Shown in pieces: positions 15,110-26,978 of a DNA stretch of 60,920 nt (within the stretch, counting starts at the first letter, position 1; every line of letters begins with the position of its first letter). This DNA comes from Diadema antillarum (lineage: Eukaryota). The stretch lies in the NCBI RefSeq assembly GCF_040938485.1, contig NW_027271382.1, positions 1,305,081 to 1,366,000 of the forward strand, given 5' to 3'. The notes below the pieces were generated by a model that ran no database searches, was not told where the DNA came from, and saw nothing but the letters and a program-made list of their open reading frames with translations. Made by a program: the position numbers and the translations under genes.

Positions 15110-18100
15110 TAAATAAATAAAAGATAGACTTGCTAGGTATATGGTGTATACAGTATCAAAGAAAATGTATGTGTTATGTCTATGTAATTTGTAGTAGCAC
15201 AATGACGTGTTCTCTGATGACTGTTTCTGTAGCGAGCTTCTTAAGTGTATTCAAGAATGACTGTTTAATCACACATCTTTTGTTTGTTTGTGTGTGTCTG
15301 TGTTTGTTTGATACAGAAATAGTCTTGGAACAATATATTAACCCGTTGAGGACGGACTGAATTTGCTACAACATTTTTTTCCCATAGACATCAGCCTGAG
15401 TGTACTCGGGACTCGTCCTCAACAGGTTAAATGAGACAGAGTACTTAAGATACATTTTCAAGGTTGTATATCCTTATCTAATGTAAAGTTTTTGGTGACT
15501 TTTGTTTCCTATATGTGGGACTAGGCTCTCCTCTTCTGAGCTGGCCCAATGCCACCCAAGGCATGGAGATCGTTGCCATCTCTTGGTCCAGGTCTAGGCC
15601 TTCTGTCTTCTACGTGGTGGATGTCACGTCCAAGGTCTACGTGTGGGAGCTGTTGGAGAGCGACGGGGGCCCCATCAAGGTGGAGCAGTTCTCACGCGGC
15701 AAGTACGTACCATGTTTTTCTATTTTCGCACGGAACATGACAGTTTATGACTCGTAAACTTTCAGGTATTGGTCGAGGTATTTACAGACTTTTCCATTGC
15801 ACAGTAATACTTAGATGCCTAGAGTATCTTAACAGGAAATAATTTACCCAACAAGCTGCCTTAACACTATCATAACCAAGGGCCTGTTTCATAAAGATTG
15901 AGTGTAAGTTGCAGTCACAATCTGAAAGTTGCTGAAAGTTACACTTGATTTTTCTTGTAATCAAGCATAAGTGTCTTTATGAAACAGGACTTATGCTCAA
16001 TATTGAACTTACGCTCGATTCAATGAGTTACACTCAATAAATCCAGCGTAAGATCAATCGGAACTCTTTATGAAACGGGCCCCACATGTGATGAATCCTG
16101 CATGAGATGTCAATAAGATGTGAACGAAATAGTTGTCGTGAAAGGGTTTAGACAGTAGGAAGAAACTGTGTCACAACAGAACTGAAGTGGTTTGTGTAGA
16201 CTTTCACAGTCTTTGCAATTGTAATTGTGTCCTTACATAGCTATTGCAGTCACTTATCACTTGAAACAGCCACTTGATTGAAGTCTTGTAAGCTTAGGCT
16301 TGTGGTGCTCTTAGACAATCATGAATTCAACAAAACTTGTGTTACTCCTATCCACTGATATGACAATTAATACCACTGTTTTTGTGTTTATAGAGGAATG
16401 TTGTCAGTTATTCTTGCCAAAATGCCACGTTGCATGTTTTGTTGCATATGTTACGCCATTTCTCAGTTGAGCATACAGTATTCTCACAGATATACAGTAT
16501 AGAATGGGGCAGTACATTAATTCTAAAATAAAGACAGAAACCGAGGCAGCCACAAGCAAAGCCGTTTTGATATTTGCAAATGATGATCTTGACTGAAATA
16601 CCTGTAGTCTCAACACAGCATCACCACGCTGTATTGAATCCAAAGTGTACCTGTTGTAATATAGAATAATTTGTGGCTGGAAATAAGTTGTCCTTAAGTA
16701 GGATCAGTTCTTATATCAAGGAAAAGAGATGTATTTCATTAATAGCCATGAGGTTATCTATCAAAGGAAAGAAAATTATTTGATAAACCAGTGAAAAACA
16801 GAACGTTATATGTTTGTGTTACAGTAATATTGCAGAGAGGAAAAACATACCTTTTTTGCTCACTTCACCTAACTTTCTCTCCCTTTGATTCTTGTCCACT
16901 GTTCCCCTCNNNNNNNNNNNNNNNNNNNNNNNNNNNNNNNNNNNNNNNNNNNNNNNNNNNNNNNNNNNNNNNNNNNNNNNNNNNNNNNNNNNNNNNNNNN
17001 NNNNNNNNNNNNNNNNNNNNNNNNNNNNNNNNNNNNNNNNNNNNNNNNNNNNNNNNNNNNNNNNNNNNNNNNNNNNNNNNNNNNNNNNNNNNNNNNNNNN
17101 NNNNNNNNNNNNNNNNNNNNNNNNNNNNNNNNNNNNNNNNNNNNNNNNNNNNNNNNNNNNNNNNNNNNNNNNNNNNNNNNNNNNNNNNNNNNNNNNNNNN
17201 NNNNNNNNNNNATCTATCCATCTCTATCAATCTATTTGTCTATATCTGTCTATCTGTCTATCTACACGTATCTATCTGTCTGTCTACCTATTCATCTAAC
17301 CATATCTGTATACTCTCACTGTATGTCTGTCTGTTTGTCTGTCTGTCTTCTATCAAACATCTGCCAGGCTGACGACGCTTGCTGTTGCCAACGATCATGC
17401 AGCCACTGGCTGGGGTATGGCAGGCAGAAAACCCGAGCTGGTGAGTTTCCTTTGGCAGCTGGAGCTGTTCAATCAGACTGCTAAATCATGTGGCTAATTT
17501 TTTGCCGAAATCTAAACTGTGTTGTGGAGGTGATGCCGTCCCGAGGCAAATTTGAAAGAAACTCTTGACATATTACAATCAACAACAACAACACCACTAT
17601 GGTGTTGGTATTTACTTCGACGTTCACAGATCTTTAATATATTACTCCGTCACAGCACATTTGACAAATGCTGAGATTGCAGACAAAATAAGGGCAAGAA
17701 GAATGTATTTAATCCAATGATTGATGTACAGTGCATGTTTGACAGTCTCTCTAGATGTAACAATGTGCAACGTAAAAAAGACCAGAGTTCTTTTCCAGTG
17801 GCACACAGAACTGGAGATAATGTCCTCAAAATGTTGGGAATGACTTGATTGCTGTTGTTCATAGAAGCCAACCAAGCCTCTTGTGCTGTCTCATTCTGAT
17901 GGGACAAATGAAGCCTTACTGTCCCATTGGTGATGTCCGCCAAATTACTCTACAGTCTTCAGATCATGCAAAGAATCTTGATTTGGTCACACTGTAACTA
18001 TGGCAACTCTCAATGTTTAAATTCTTTTGTTGTTATATTTTGTGATCATCATCTACAGGCCATCACAGACAGCATGGGATCGCTGGACATTCATCGCATC

Positions 18101-18172
18101 AACTCGAGATTCTCCACGGCAGACGCCAGTGAGCTGGACTCTTTCACAACCTATGTGGAGCAGCTTATATGA
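38..18172 (+). CDS. WDR60: WDR60/DYNC2I1 cytoplasmic dynein-2 intermediate chain, C-terminal WD40 region; 5'-partial, 15 exons
   Basis: join(38-164,1078-1154,4856-4935,6063-6138,7406-7619,8651-8715,9589-9640,10349-10415,11578-11665,12716-12782,13342-13400,13796-13841,15525-15702,17368-17440,18059-18172) = 1383 nt, all GT-AG and phase-consistent, open to TGA. Peptides (CVWNINEPSRPQK, GTLDGSICVWDLRE, GLSFQLVTVDEKG, DLGLVPGGKIKL, CIDFSPF, ACSDGTVQL, SWSRSRPSVFYV) run colinear with my recollection of human WDR60. Confidence 0.93.
1078..1154 (+). CDS. WDR60: WDR60 exon (RCILRVAFHPVQTNLILTMHSMPNS)
   Basis: cacag acceptor, gtgagt donor, phase 1 to 0. Confidence 0.88.
3578..3607 (+). CDS. Candidate 30-nt cassette microexon of WDR60 (EDRSSDDMDW)
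   Basis: ctttgtgctgtgtgtgtgcgcacag acceptor, consensus gtgagt donor, symmetric phase 0 inside a phase-0 intron, no stop. Confidence 0.55.
4856..4935 (+). CDS. WDR60: WDR60 exon (KVVEKAGLTNRGLMCVWNINEPSRPQK)
   Basis: tgtag acceptor, gtaagt donor; WD motif. Confidence 0.9.
6063..6138 (+). CDS. WDR60: WDR60 exon (ILVLKSVPMTCTFSPSKATMAFCGT)
   Basis: cccag acceptor, gtaggt donor. Confidence 0.88.
6850..7312. mobile_element. MITE with TIR (c)AGTCAAACCTG.CCTAG, TA-type, in a WDR60 intron
   Basis: agtcaaacctgcctagg...ctaggacaggtttgactg|ta; internal repeats of acaggtggcc. Confidence 0.75.
7406..7619 (+). CDS. WDR60: WDR60 exon (LDGSICVWDLRE...KPSSS)
   Basis: gtcag acceptor, gtaaac donor; inside ORF 7316-7672. 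Confidence 0.92.
8651..8715 (+). CDS. WDR60: WDR60 exon (DSVGLSFQLVTVDEKGTISFW)
   Basis: ctctag acceptor, gtgagt donor. Confidence 0.92.
9589..9640 (+). CDS. WDR60: WDR60 exon (VVLEIDKPDEAGSEYDL)
   Basis: ccacag acceptor, gtgaga donor. Confidence 0.9.
10349..10415 (+). CDS. WDR60: WDR60 exon (LVPGGKIKLIKSSSIQLPVPS)
   Basis: tgtag acceptor, gtgaga donor. Confidence 0.9.
11195..11488. mobile_element. PIF/Harbinger-type MITE with ~80-bp inverted arms and TTA duplication
   Basis: tta|ggctcgtttacacc...ggtgtaaacatgtcc|tta; arms complementary through agaaccagacatg. Confidence 0.82.
11578..11665 (+). CDS. WDR60: WDR60 exon (ELGPVYRLKVTDMQLEPSNPNHFYVATDA)
   Basis: ctccag acceptor, gtgagt donor. 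Confidence 0.9.
12716..12782 (+). CDS. WDR60: WDR60 exon (GCVIHGARNTERVSPKYFWVDE)
   Basis: tcacag acceptor, gtgagt donor. Confidence 0.88.
13342..13400 (+). CDS. WDR60: WDR60 exon (VPTGVKCIDFSPFNLPCFL)
   Basis: ttgcag acceptor, gtaaga donor. Confidence 0.92.
13796..13841 (+). CDS. WDR60: WDR60 exon (IACSDGTVQLFSTSK)
   Basis: cattag acceptor, gtgaaa donor. Confidence 0.88.
14241..14406 (+). mobile_element. tRNA-derived SINE (Pol III A/B-box head plus body); body duplicated at 14056-14140
   Basis: A box tggtctagtgg, B box ggttcaaatcc; no complete acceptor stem. Confidence 0.72.
15342..15426. mobile_element. ~85-bp TTAA mini-MITE
   Basis: TTAA|CCCGTTGAGGACG...CGTCCTCAACAGG|TTAA. Confidence 0.85.
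15525..15702 (+). CDS. WDR60: WDR60 exon (SPLLSWPNA...VEQFSRG)
   Basis: actag acceptor, gtacgt donor; inside ORF 15515-15757. Confidence 0.92.
15879..16083. mobile_element. MITE of the GGGCC(C)GTTTCATAAA TIR group
   Basis: gggcctgtttcataaag...ctttatgaaacgggccc. Confidence 0.72.
16910..17211. other. Assembly gap (N run)
   Basis: Run of n. Confidence 0.99.
17212..17355. repeat. Degenerate (TCTA/TCTG)n microsatellite next to an assembly gap
   Basis: Visible tetranucleotide repeats. Confidence 0.85.
17368..17440 (+). CDS. WDR60: WDR60 exon (LTTLAVANDHAATGWGMAGRKPEL)
   Basis: tgccag acceptor, gtgagt donor, phase 2 to 0. Confidence 0.85.
18059..18172 (+). CDS. WDR60: WDR60 terminal coding exon (AITDSMGSLDIHRI...VEQLI*)
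   Basis: ctacag acceptor; resembles human ARASGSIDIQHL; TGA stop. Confidence 0.9.
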   Translation, partial: AITDSMGSLDIHRINSRFSTADASELDSFTTYVEQLI

Positions 18173-18610
18173 AAAAAATGGGCTCCCTCTTGTGCCGCTG
18201 GCTTTTCTCTAGCACCAAAGGAGGGATCAATGCAAATACTTATGTCAACCAAATGTACCTAGAAAATGGCTTTTTGCATCTTAGGGTAGCAAGATGGGGT
18301 ATCGTCAAAATCTGTGGTCTGATCTTAGTACGGTTACATCATAGCAGCAACATCGATGGCAGTGTGAAATATTTCTTGTCCGTAGCATGCAATGCCGAGG
18401 TCACCCACACAGCGACATGGAATTGTCATACAAGTGAGCAGCCATGAATACAGGCACTGTGTGAAATGACCCAATGTGTCATGAATGTGCAATGGTTTCT
18501 TGTGTGCTGTCAACACAAGTAAAGCATGTGTCATCACATGAGGCCCATAAGACTTTTCGACCTTTACACATTACCCAATTTTTTTTTTGTTTTTGTATGG
18601 GAGTCTTATA

Positions 18611-19021
18611 CCCCTTTCAGTAACTCGAGCATTTTTGGCCAGCTCATGTCCCGAACTAAATTGGCCCATGGCAAGCAGTAAAAATTGCATTCAGCAACTA
18701 TAGCAGAACAGAGCTACTTTTACGATGACCCAGTTATGAACTTGGCCACGTAAGGGATAATTACCATGGTAACTGAATGTGCGCTCCAGCGCGGAGGCAC
18801 GGCAAGGTTATTGTGACCTTTGATTTGCAAGGAATTTTGGCCCAAGCCTGGCGTTGCTACTGTTCATAAACTCTTCGATCGGCCCTCACCTGGTACTAGG
18901 CTGCAGCAGTGCCAAAATAGTTCGCGCCTGGCGCGGGCCACTTTGGCCCAACCCATTCATAACTCAAAATTTTATGACTTAGCTTGGGCCTGGCCTGAGC
19001 CAGGAGGGTTACTGAAAGGGG
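18611..19021. mobile_element. TA-flanked MITE (TIR CCCCTTTCAGTAAC) just downstream of the WDR60 stop
   Basis: ta|cccctttcagtaac...gttactgaaagggg|ta, perfect 14-bp TIR. Confidence 0.82.
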
Positions 19022-22000
19022 TATTATAGTTGTAGTAGGAGTTGTCCTCTGTATTTGCATTTCATTGTCAAGTTTTTAAGTTTTGTGACTCATCGTGAAA
19101 TGTTCAGTAATCACAGTTGAGATGGTGCACGTCTGTAGGCACTCACTTACAGCATTGCATACTGCAACTCCATTAGGGGTCCTGAAACTATTAGAATGAA
19201 AGTGAGCTACCAGGCGTAACATGTATGGCTGAAACAGAGCGGCGTAACAACTCTGATATTTATATGCACATCTGAAGTGCATATAAAGTAAATATTTGAT
19301 GTATTCATGCATGGATATCCTGCCCAATATTGGCACAAAAATGGGGCGGGGAATTCCATAATCAATACTACCAATCATGACATTGGTAGTAATGATGGTG
19401 TCTCTTTTTTGTGTTTTTCTTTCTAATTGTCTCACTTCAATTCATATTAGATGAATACTTGAAATTGGCTGCCTCCGATAGTATTTCTTAGCGTTGGCAG
19501 GTGCAACCTTGAAAGTCTTGTGCTTGACTTTCCGAACAAATTTTGGCCAAGTTCTTGAGCCATCTACCTGGCAGGGCTGGAGGCATAGTTTGAACTCTAA
19601 TATGTGTCAGAGAAGTTCTGCTATAATGTATGTTCTAATATTAACATTCCAGTTGTACAGGACAGAATACTGTTTATTTATTGAATATCCAAAAGGAACC
19701 AATAGGGTGAAAATTAAAGCAAGTTGGTGCCATATGTTTAGAATTTGATGTAAAAATTATAAGTAAGCTGCACAGTTTTAGGGTTATATATTGTATGTGT
19801 CAACCCATTAAGCTTAATTTCACAAGCATTTGACAGTGTACAGGCATGAAGCTCAATGCTGTTAAATTTAATTCCACTTGGTTTTTTTTATATAAATGTA
19901 TAAGACGAGAAGGAAAGAACCAAGAATATTTTCTTTAAAAAAGAAACAAATATAAATATCAAAAGATTTGTGTAAAAAGAAAGAAGTGTACAGACATACT
20001 TCAAGGAATCACACACAGACTGTTATTCATTTTAATATTTCTAAAAATCTTATTGATGGTCAAATTTTAAAAGTCTCTGTGTGCAGTGTAACACTATTAT
20101 CATGCAGTTTTACAAGTATCCGGTCGTGAGATGAGATCCATGTTAGGGTTACTCATCTGCTGCTGCTCCTTGTAATACTGTGATGGTCTCTGACAATAAT
20201 CGCAATTACCATGGCAACAGCCCATGAGCTATCAGGATTTTGTTCTTATATTTGTTGCTATGATTGTAGTTGAGTTTACTGCAAGTGGCTATCACCAGAA
20301 ATACATTTCTTTGCAACAGTACAGCCATTCATATGTAAGCCCCCCCCCCCCAAAAAAAAAAAGTGCATATAATAGTGAAGGTACAATCAGTTGTGGTTTG
20401 AATTATTTGTTATAAAGTGGCAACAGATCTGTGAAACCCATGAATGACCTGCTAGTAAGGCACGTGAGTAGCTTTTGAAAACAATGCTGTTACCCTTTGA
20501 GAATGTGTCAAAGGACATTAAGAAAAAAAGTTGTATTTCTTTGCCATAGCGTGTATTTTCTAAAATTTGGAATGTACACACAGATATTAAACCTTCTTTG
20601 ACAAATATATTATGCTCCAGCCTGTTTTAGACCTACCTGTAAGATGACTTCTGTAGATTTCAAGTAGCCACTTTATTGCGTCAAGATTCACTGTGCTGCT
20701 CTGGAGCTAGGGTTACATACCCTTATTCACAACAGAGGACTAGAGGGTATATTCACAGCTGTTATTAAAGCTCGTACTACTACTTTATCAGAACCATTGC
20801 CCAGGATATGCACATTACAATTTATGGGTTGTACTAAAGAAGTTGTGAATCGTAGTGGTTAGTGGTGTGTCCTTTGTGATTTGTTTTGTCCAGTGTCTCA
20901 TTTTGTGGGTATTCCATGAAGTGTATGGCCATGTTGCAGACTCTTTACCAGTCCTACAGATTTGTTAGGTTATAATATATCTTATCTTTTATGTACCACA
21001 CTTGTTAAAGAATTCAATTATGAAGGGCATGGCTGGCTTTTATTAACGATGACTCTGAATGCTATTGAGCTTGTCCTCTCAGCCTCTTCATCACGATTTC
21101 TGGTGAAGTTTGGTCGACAACCATTTCCACCGAAGAGAACAACGTTGTTTGGCTTCAAGACAGTATTTCCTTTGCTAGCAAGGAAAAACAAAACTTGAGA
21201 CAGATTGCGAGAAAGAAACATTGTACCGATATGACTATCACTTGATACTGATATGACTGTCACCCGATGTACATTGCATCTCAGGCAAGATTGCAAAGTC
21301 TTTAGAGTATGAAGGCCAGGGTTAAGCTGAATTGTTCATCGCCTTGTGTTGTCTTGTCCTCAGGTGTGTATCTATGTTTGTTCACCTCACTTTGGTCTTA
21401 CCAAATGCAGTGACAAAAAAAAATATTGTTGCAAAAATGCTCTTAATTTGTGTCAAACCTTGTACAATCATTTGTATAGTTGTGAAACAGATTACAAAAA
21501 GAAATTGTATTGCAAATACTTTTAATACTAACCAGAGTTGTACAGTGTACTATAACTCAAGAAAATATGTGTACATGTGTGATATTAGACGTGAAATGGG
21601 GGCATATTTTTCCTATCAAAGTAGTAAAGCAGCTGGAAATTAATAGTGATTTCCTTGTCCATTTTCAAAATGGTGTATGCAATGACTGTGATACAAATGT
21701 ATGGGAGGCCAACTTTCTTATTTGTTCTGATGGTCATGCATTTTAAACACTTGAAACATGTTTTGTTATATTCGCAGCAGATCATGCACGAGGATGGGGA
21801 ATGCAAAGTAAATTTCTGAATGGCACTTGGCATTATGAAACTTAGGAAATGAACGACAGTTACTTCAGTTCAGCCCCTTTAACAACATGGGCAGGTTATG
21901 CTGGCTCTCCCATTCCTTTGTGCCATTCAAAAGCAAAGGTTGGATTGGAGTTTTTTTCTAGCCCGATTGCATTTTCAGACTGGAATTATCATTTGTTCAT

Positions 22001-22444
22001 AGAATGGACAAAGGGGCAGGTGTTTTTATGTAATGGGCCAAGTTTATTCACAGTGAGTGCTCCCTTTCAAACCAACTTTTTTTGTCAAAATACTCTCTTC
22101 GTAAGAATAGCAACATTTTCTGTTCAAGGGCAAGGACATCGTTTCTGTGGAATGTTTGCAATGCAGAATTCTAGCTGAATTAAAAAAAAGAAAAAAAATC
22201 TCTCCAAGTTTTTGTATACTGGTCGGGCCCGTTTTCTTCTTTGATGTGCATGAATTGTTTTGATTTCCTACACAAACTCAGAAATGATGAGAACTGCAGT
22301 TTTGTCTCATTTTTTTTTTTACAGAAACTGCAAAAAAAAAACAACAACAACAAAACACCACTGAAAAAGAAAACAGCATGTAAAATTCCTAACACAGCAC
22401 AGCTAACACACAATTCCAGTCATCAAACATGCTTTTAGAAATGG

Positions 22445-22450
22445 TTTATT
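22445..22450 (-). terminator. Possible distal polyadenylation signal of UBE2Z (AATAAA on -)
   Basis: tttatt on +; would imply a ~4.5 kb 3' UTR. Other AATAAA sites lie nearer, so usage is unproven. Confidence 0.3.
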
Positions 22451-22962
22451 TCTCTTGGTACTTTTTAGTACATGTACATTTCATAGCATAGATACAATAG
22501 AATCATTTTTCACTTTACTCTTCTGAATATATAGCATACAACATAAATGCAACAACAAAAACATGCTGAGATAGTGCATGCTTCTAAGGAATAATACCAT
22601 TCCTACACCACCACAAGTATGCTATAAAAAACACAACATCTTTACAGCTCCATGAGCTTGGGTGAACGGATACGACAATAGGATTGTCATCGGCTTAAAA
22701 TAAAAATGAACAAAAATTTCTTTCATCATCATTGTACCTCACTTTATATTCAGCATATTGTTTCCTACTTAGCTGCAATGGGGGGGGGGGGGGGGGGGGG
22801 GACAACCAAAGTGATAAAATTGCAATACAAATATACCTTAGAGAGCGAAAACCCTCCAGTAAATAATTTGGATTTGCCTAAATTACATAGAGAGGAGCCT
22901 CCTCGTAACAAGCTGCTTGGGACAAATGAAACTTCCTCTTCAACTAGTAGTACATGTACCTT

Positions 22963-23190
22963 GTTATATCAAGGATAAAAAAAAAGAGAAGAATATAAAA
23001 GTAATCGGACTTGCAAAAGTAGCCCATTATATCAGTATCATGTTATATTAGGGATAAAAACAAAAGAATATAAAAGGAATGGGAATTGCAAAATTAGCTC
23101 GTTATATCAGGTATCTTGTTATTCAGGGATAAAAACAAAAGAATATAAAAAGGAATGGGTCCTGCATAAGTACCTCGTTATATCGAGGTA
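22963..23190. repeat. Three diverged ~75-bp tandem units
   Basis: gttat..c/tagggataaaaac/aaaa.gaatataaaag.aat.gg...tgcaaaa.tagc.c.ttatatc occurs three times. Confidence 0.75.
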
Positions 23191-24071
23191 CACATACAAA
23201 CACATACATGTATCTCCATGTCTTTATCTCTATGGCATGTATCCAATTCCTTAAAAACCTTGACTTTGATTACAGTCTACTTCTTCTATTTCCCCCTTTT
23301 TTTAAACATCATTTTACATCAGAGGGAGCGATGTTTAACGTGACTGAACATAACAAGCACACTTAGCAATGTCAACATTTCAGGGGTGCTTTAACAGTTA
23401 CTTTATTGCGACTTCTTTGAATTAGTTGTCAATTGTCACAAGTTTGACTCAATGTGAGAATGTGATGGCTGAATAAATAAATGCACTGCGCCTAATCTTG
23501 ATCAAATTTTCACAGAACATTATAAGATTTTTCTCTCTATCATCATTTTAACAATTTGCAGATATGCAGTATGCAAAACACATTCATATATTCATTCTTT
23601 ATGCATATTTTTGTGTTAGAATCAGGGTACATGTGTACAATAAACAAATTTATGCAATAGTCATAAACAATTGCAAAGCATGGTCAGGAAAGATGCCAAT
23701 GTGCAAGTACAGATACTAAACAAAATTAAATCTTTATTGGCTTGATAAGATAGTAAACATTAAATATTTGATAATCCCTCTAACATAATTTCACACTACC
23801 CCTACCGGTATGAATCATAACTGGCAAAAGTCCAATGTACTGTGTATTGGAGACTCTGTTATTTTTTTTTACATGTGGAGGAATGCAACAAAGCTTAGGT
23901 ATGATTACATCCCAAACTCTGGAATGCCATTTTTGTATTAACACATTCTAAAGTCATTACATCTACATGCAATTCACAACCTTATTATCACATTCAATGC
24001 AAAGTGCAGGAGTACAACTTACCAGGAGCTTAATGTTCTTTTGTCATTTTCATTTGTGTGCCTATTCATTA

Positions 24072-24279
24072 CTGTAAAACGAGGAATGTTCGCATGCATT
24101 TCAATTTCGCGAATTTCGCGAGCGCCAAAATTTGCGAAATTCAAATGAACGCAAAAAGTTCTTGCCTGCACGATATGCATTGGATGCCAGTGGCAATTCA
24201 CGAAAATGTCATGCTGCGAGACAGGCGGTCGGCTCCAATTCGCAAAATTTTCATGCCGCGAATATATCGTGTTTTACAG
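24072..24279. mobile_element. TA-flanked MITE (TIR CTGTAAAAC), in the putative UBE2Z 3' UTR
   Basis: ta|ctgtaaaac...gttttacag|ta; reverse-oriented relative at 37075-37265. Confidence 0.85.
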
Positions 24280-26583
24280 TAGTTTGTCAGAGGTGCTGTT
24301 CAGGTTAACTATCTAGTGAGTAGTTTTGTGTCCCACTTATAATCTTGGTATCAACTTTATAGATGTTTCATTTCTAGGCATTTCATGGGGACTTGTAGTT
24401 TAGGGTTCAATGATAAAAGGGAGAGAGCATGCTTGGTGTTTCTTTCTACATAGTCCGAATCAACAGAATTCTATTTAGATTATGAAAGAACTGTTACTCT
24501 GACTGTAAATTCACATTTATAATTCTTCTTTTTTTTTGGGGGGGGGGGGGGGATTTGCCAAAGTTCCAACATGATCGCAACATAATATCACACTTTCATT
24601 ACACAGCCTAGCAACAGAACGGACTTAGAAAGAGCAAAACATGAGACACACTACAGATAGTTTTCACTTTGTCAAAATTTCAGGACCTATAGAAAAAGAT
24701 ATAAAGAGGAGTATAAACTTGTTCATTGGGGGAAAATTGCCAAATATCAAAAAAAAAAAAAAATGAAACAATGATTCATGTCTTATTCCACACCTTGTAG
24801 TCTTTTTATATTTCTATAGATTCAAATACAAACATCTAACACAGAGCATGGTCAGTCTTTCCTTCATTTTCTCACATGACTTCAGTGCATAATTTCATCA
24901 GTCACCACAAAATGTATTTTCAGCAGTTTAACTTGTCAACTTTCTCTCTTCAAAAATTAATAGTATTTGAGCCGACTGACTCCTTCCACTACCAGTAGCT
25001 GGTCGGTTTCTGATTATACAATTTGTTTAGTGAAGTGTGTCCCTTTGTGAGATGAAACAAACAACAACAGTTTTTCTCGTGGCTCGTTTCATTTTCTTCA
25101 AAAGTTTTGCAATTTCAGCTTTCATATTGCTCAGGCTTTTGCATGCCCACAGGAATGAAAATCAAATTCTTAAAAAAAAAGAAAATGAAAAAAAAAAATT
25201 ATTGTTGTGTAATCTTAAACATGATTGGGCAAACAAATGTAAAATGAGGACCTAACAATAATAATTTGAAAAAAAAAGTCTCTCACACATAATATCTATT
25301 CAAAAAGAACATACAAATACGACATATCACTTCATACCACTGCTTAATTTTGAAGAGCATGATGTAAACTTTTGAGAATACAATAAGATTTAGATTCTGT
25401 ATAAAATGCAAAATCTTAACTATAAACCAGGACTAAAATTTATAGAAACTAAATGGCTTCAGTGGCTACACTTACATGTATTTGCAGAGCTATGCTTGTC
25501 TAGCTAGATGTCATTTAATTTTTCTATGCACAATCATAGATGCTGGAATCTGATTGATTAGCATTCACATTCTCCTCACTGTAACATTCACATTTACAAG
25601 TGAGTGGACGGGTGTTCGGGTAAGTTTGCTTTCTTTTCATGAGGGAAACTCATCTTTGACCTTAAACCATGCAACGGATTTACCACAAAACTCGCAATGT
25701 TCACCGTACAGAAAGTTGAGACTGAATTAATAAAAGGCATAATCTTCAGGGGGGGGGGGGGGGGGAGGGTGGTGGCTAGACTGGATGACACATATCATTC
25801 ATCCAATACGACTACAGTAAAGTCATAGCCAATGCCTTTTACTAGCCACATATTGGAATATTCATATATTGCATGCAAACATCCAACATTAGTGGATAAT
25901 AGCTGATTAAAAGATAAAATAAATGAATAAAAATAAGTGTGCAGAATTAATATTTTCCTTGCTCCCATTTAGAAAATGAGTACATCGTAGCTTCAACCTT
26001 TTTCTTCCTGGCAAAAAAGAAACAAGTTTTCACTTTAACAAAAAGACATGTATGTGGTAATGAATAAACCCTTTAAAGGTACATGTGTATTAGGCAATAA
26101 TTATTCTCATGAGGAATTATTCTACACACAAGGAGGAAGTATGTAAAAAAAGAAGAAGAAAAGAACAACACTTTTTCAGCTTCAGAATGATAACGAGGAT
26201 TAGTCACATAAAAAAGATATACAGAAAAAAAAATTAAATGGTGCATTCAAGTGAACAGAAGGCAAATCTAGCAATTGGGCCAACTTCTCTATAGAGAAAT
26301 AGTTTGAGGTTGCTAGAAGTCAAGTTGGACACTTGGTTGCTTGATGATTTGAAGCATGGAGAGATTCCTCTGGTTCACTTTTGTTCATTCCTGGGGGCAA
26401 CATGTCCATAGATGACGTCGACAGGATTTATCTTAGTGGGCCTGAAATGGTCACATAACCTCCAGAATGGGCAAGCAGCCAATTACACTCCCTTGCAATC
26501 ACTGGATGTTCCCTTGAGTGCAGTACATGACAGGTACTTCACAGCCCAATTTACTTGGCCGAAGTTTGACTCCAATCTACACG

Positions 26584-26939
26584 TACATTTTGACCAGTTT
26601 ATATCTGTCCAATTAGAATCATCCGTCTGACAGCGTCAATTCCAAGTTCACCAAGAATTCATCAGGCATAGTTGGTGAACCTACGGGACAGTTACTTTTC
26701 TCTTCATTCGTTTACAACTAATATCTTTGTAAAGTGACAAATGATATGCACATAGCAAGTTCTACATTTTGACCAGTTTACACTTGTCCGGGTGAGAATC
26801 ATCCATCTGCCAGCGCCAATTTCAGGTTTCTCAAGAGCTCCAGGCATAAATGGCGAACTTCATAGGGACACTATTTTTCTCTTCCTTCTTTTACAACTAA
26901 GATCCTTGTAAAGCGACTAAATGATATGCACATAACAAA
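26584..26939. repeat. Diverged tandem duplication (period ~179 bp) in the proximal UBE2Z 3' UTR
   Basis: tacattttgaccagttta at 26584 and 26763; gatatgcacata ends both units. Confidence 0.85.
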
Positions 26940-26978
26940 GCGCTAATAGTGACTCTACGGAGAAGCAGGGGCTTACTA

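Noticed and set aside
15388-15425. Exon-like segment ccatag|ACATCAG...CAACAG|gtt in a WDR60 intron
   Set aside because: Lies inside the TTAA mini-MITE; 38 nt breaks the frame, the donor is weak, and the flanking exons already join in frame.
16791-17484. Long ORFs spanning N runs (also near 34396-34911 and 51754-51984)
   Set aside because: Artefacts of X-translated gaps; only 17368-17440 is a real exon.
19151-21296. Scattered minus-strand splice-like signals (31-nt candidate 19181-19151, acceptor near 21177, ORF 21018-21296)
   Set aside because: Could not be assembled into a consistent gene or recognisable peptide; compatible with chance in UTR-like sequence.
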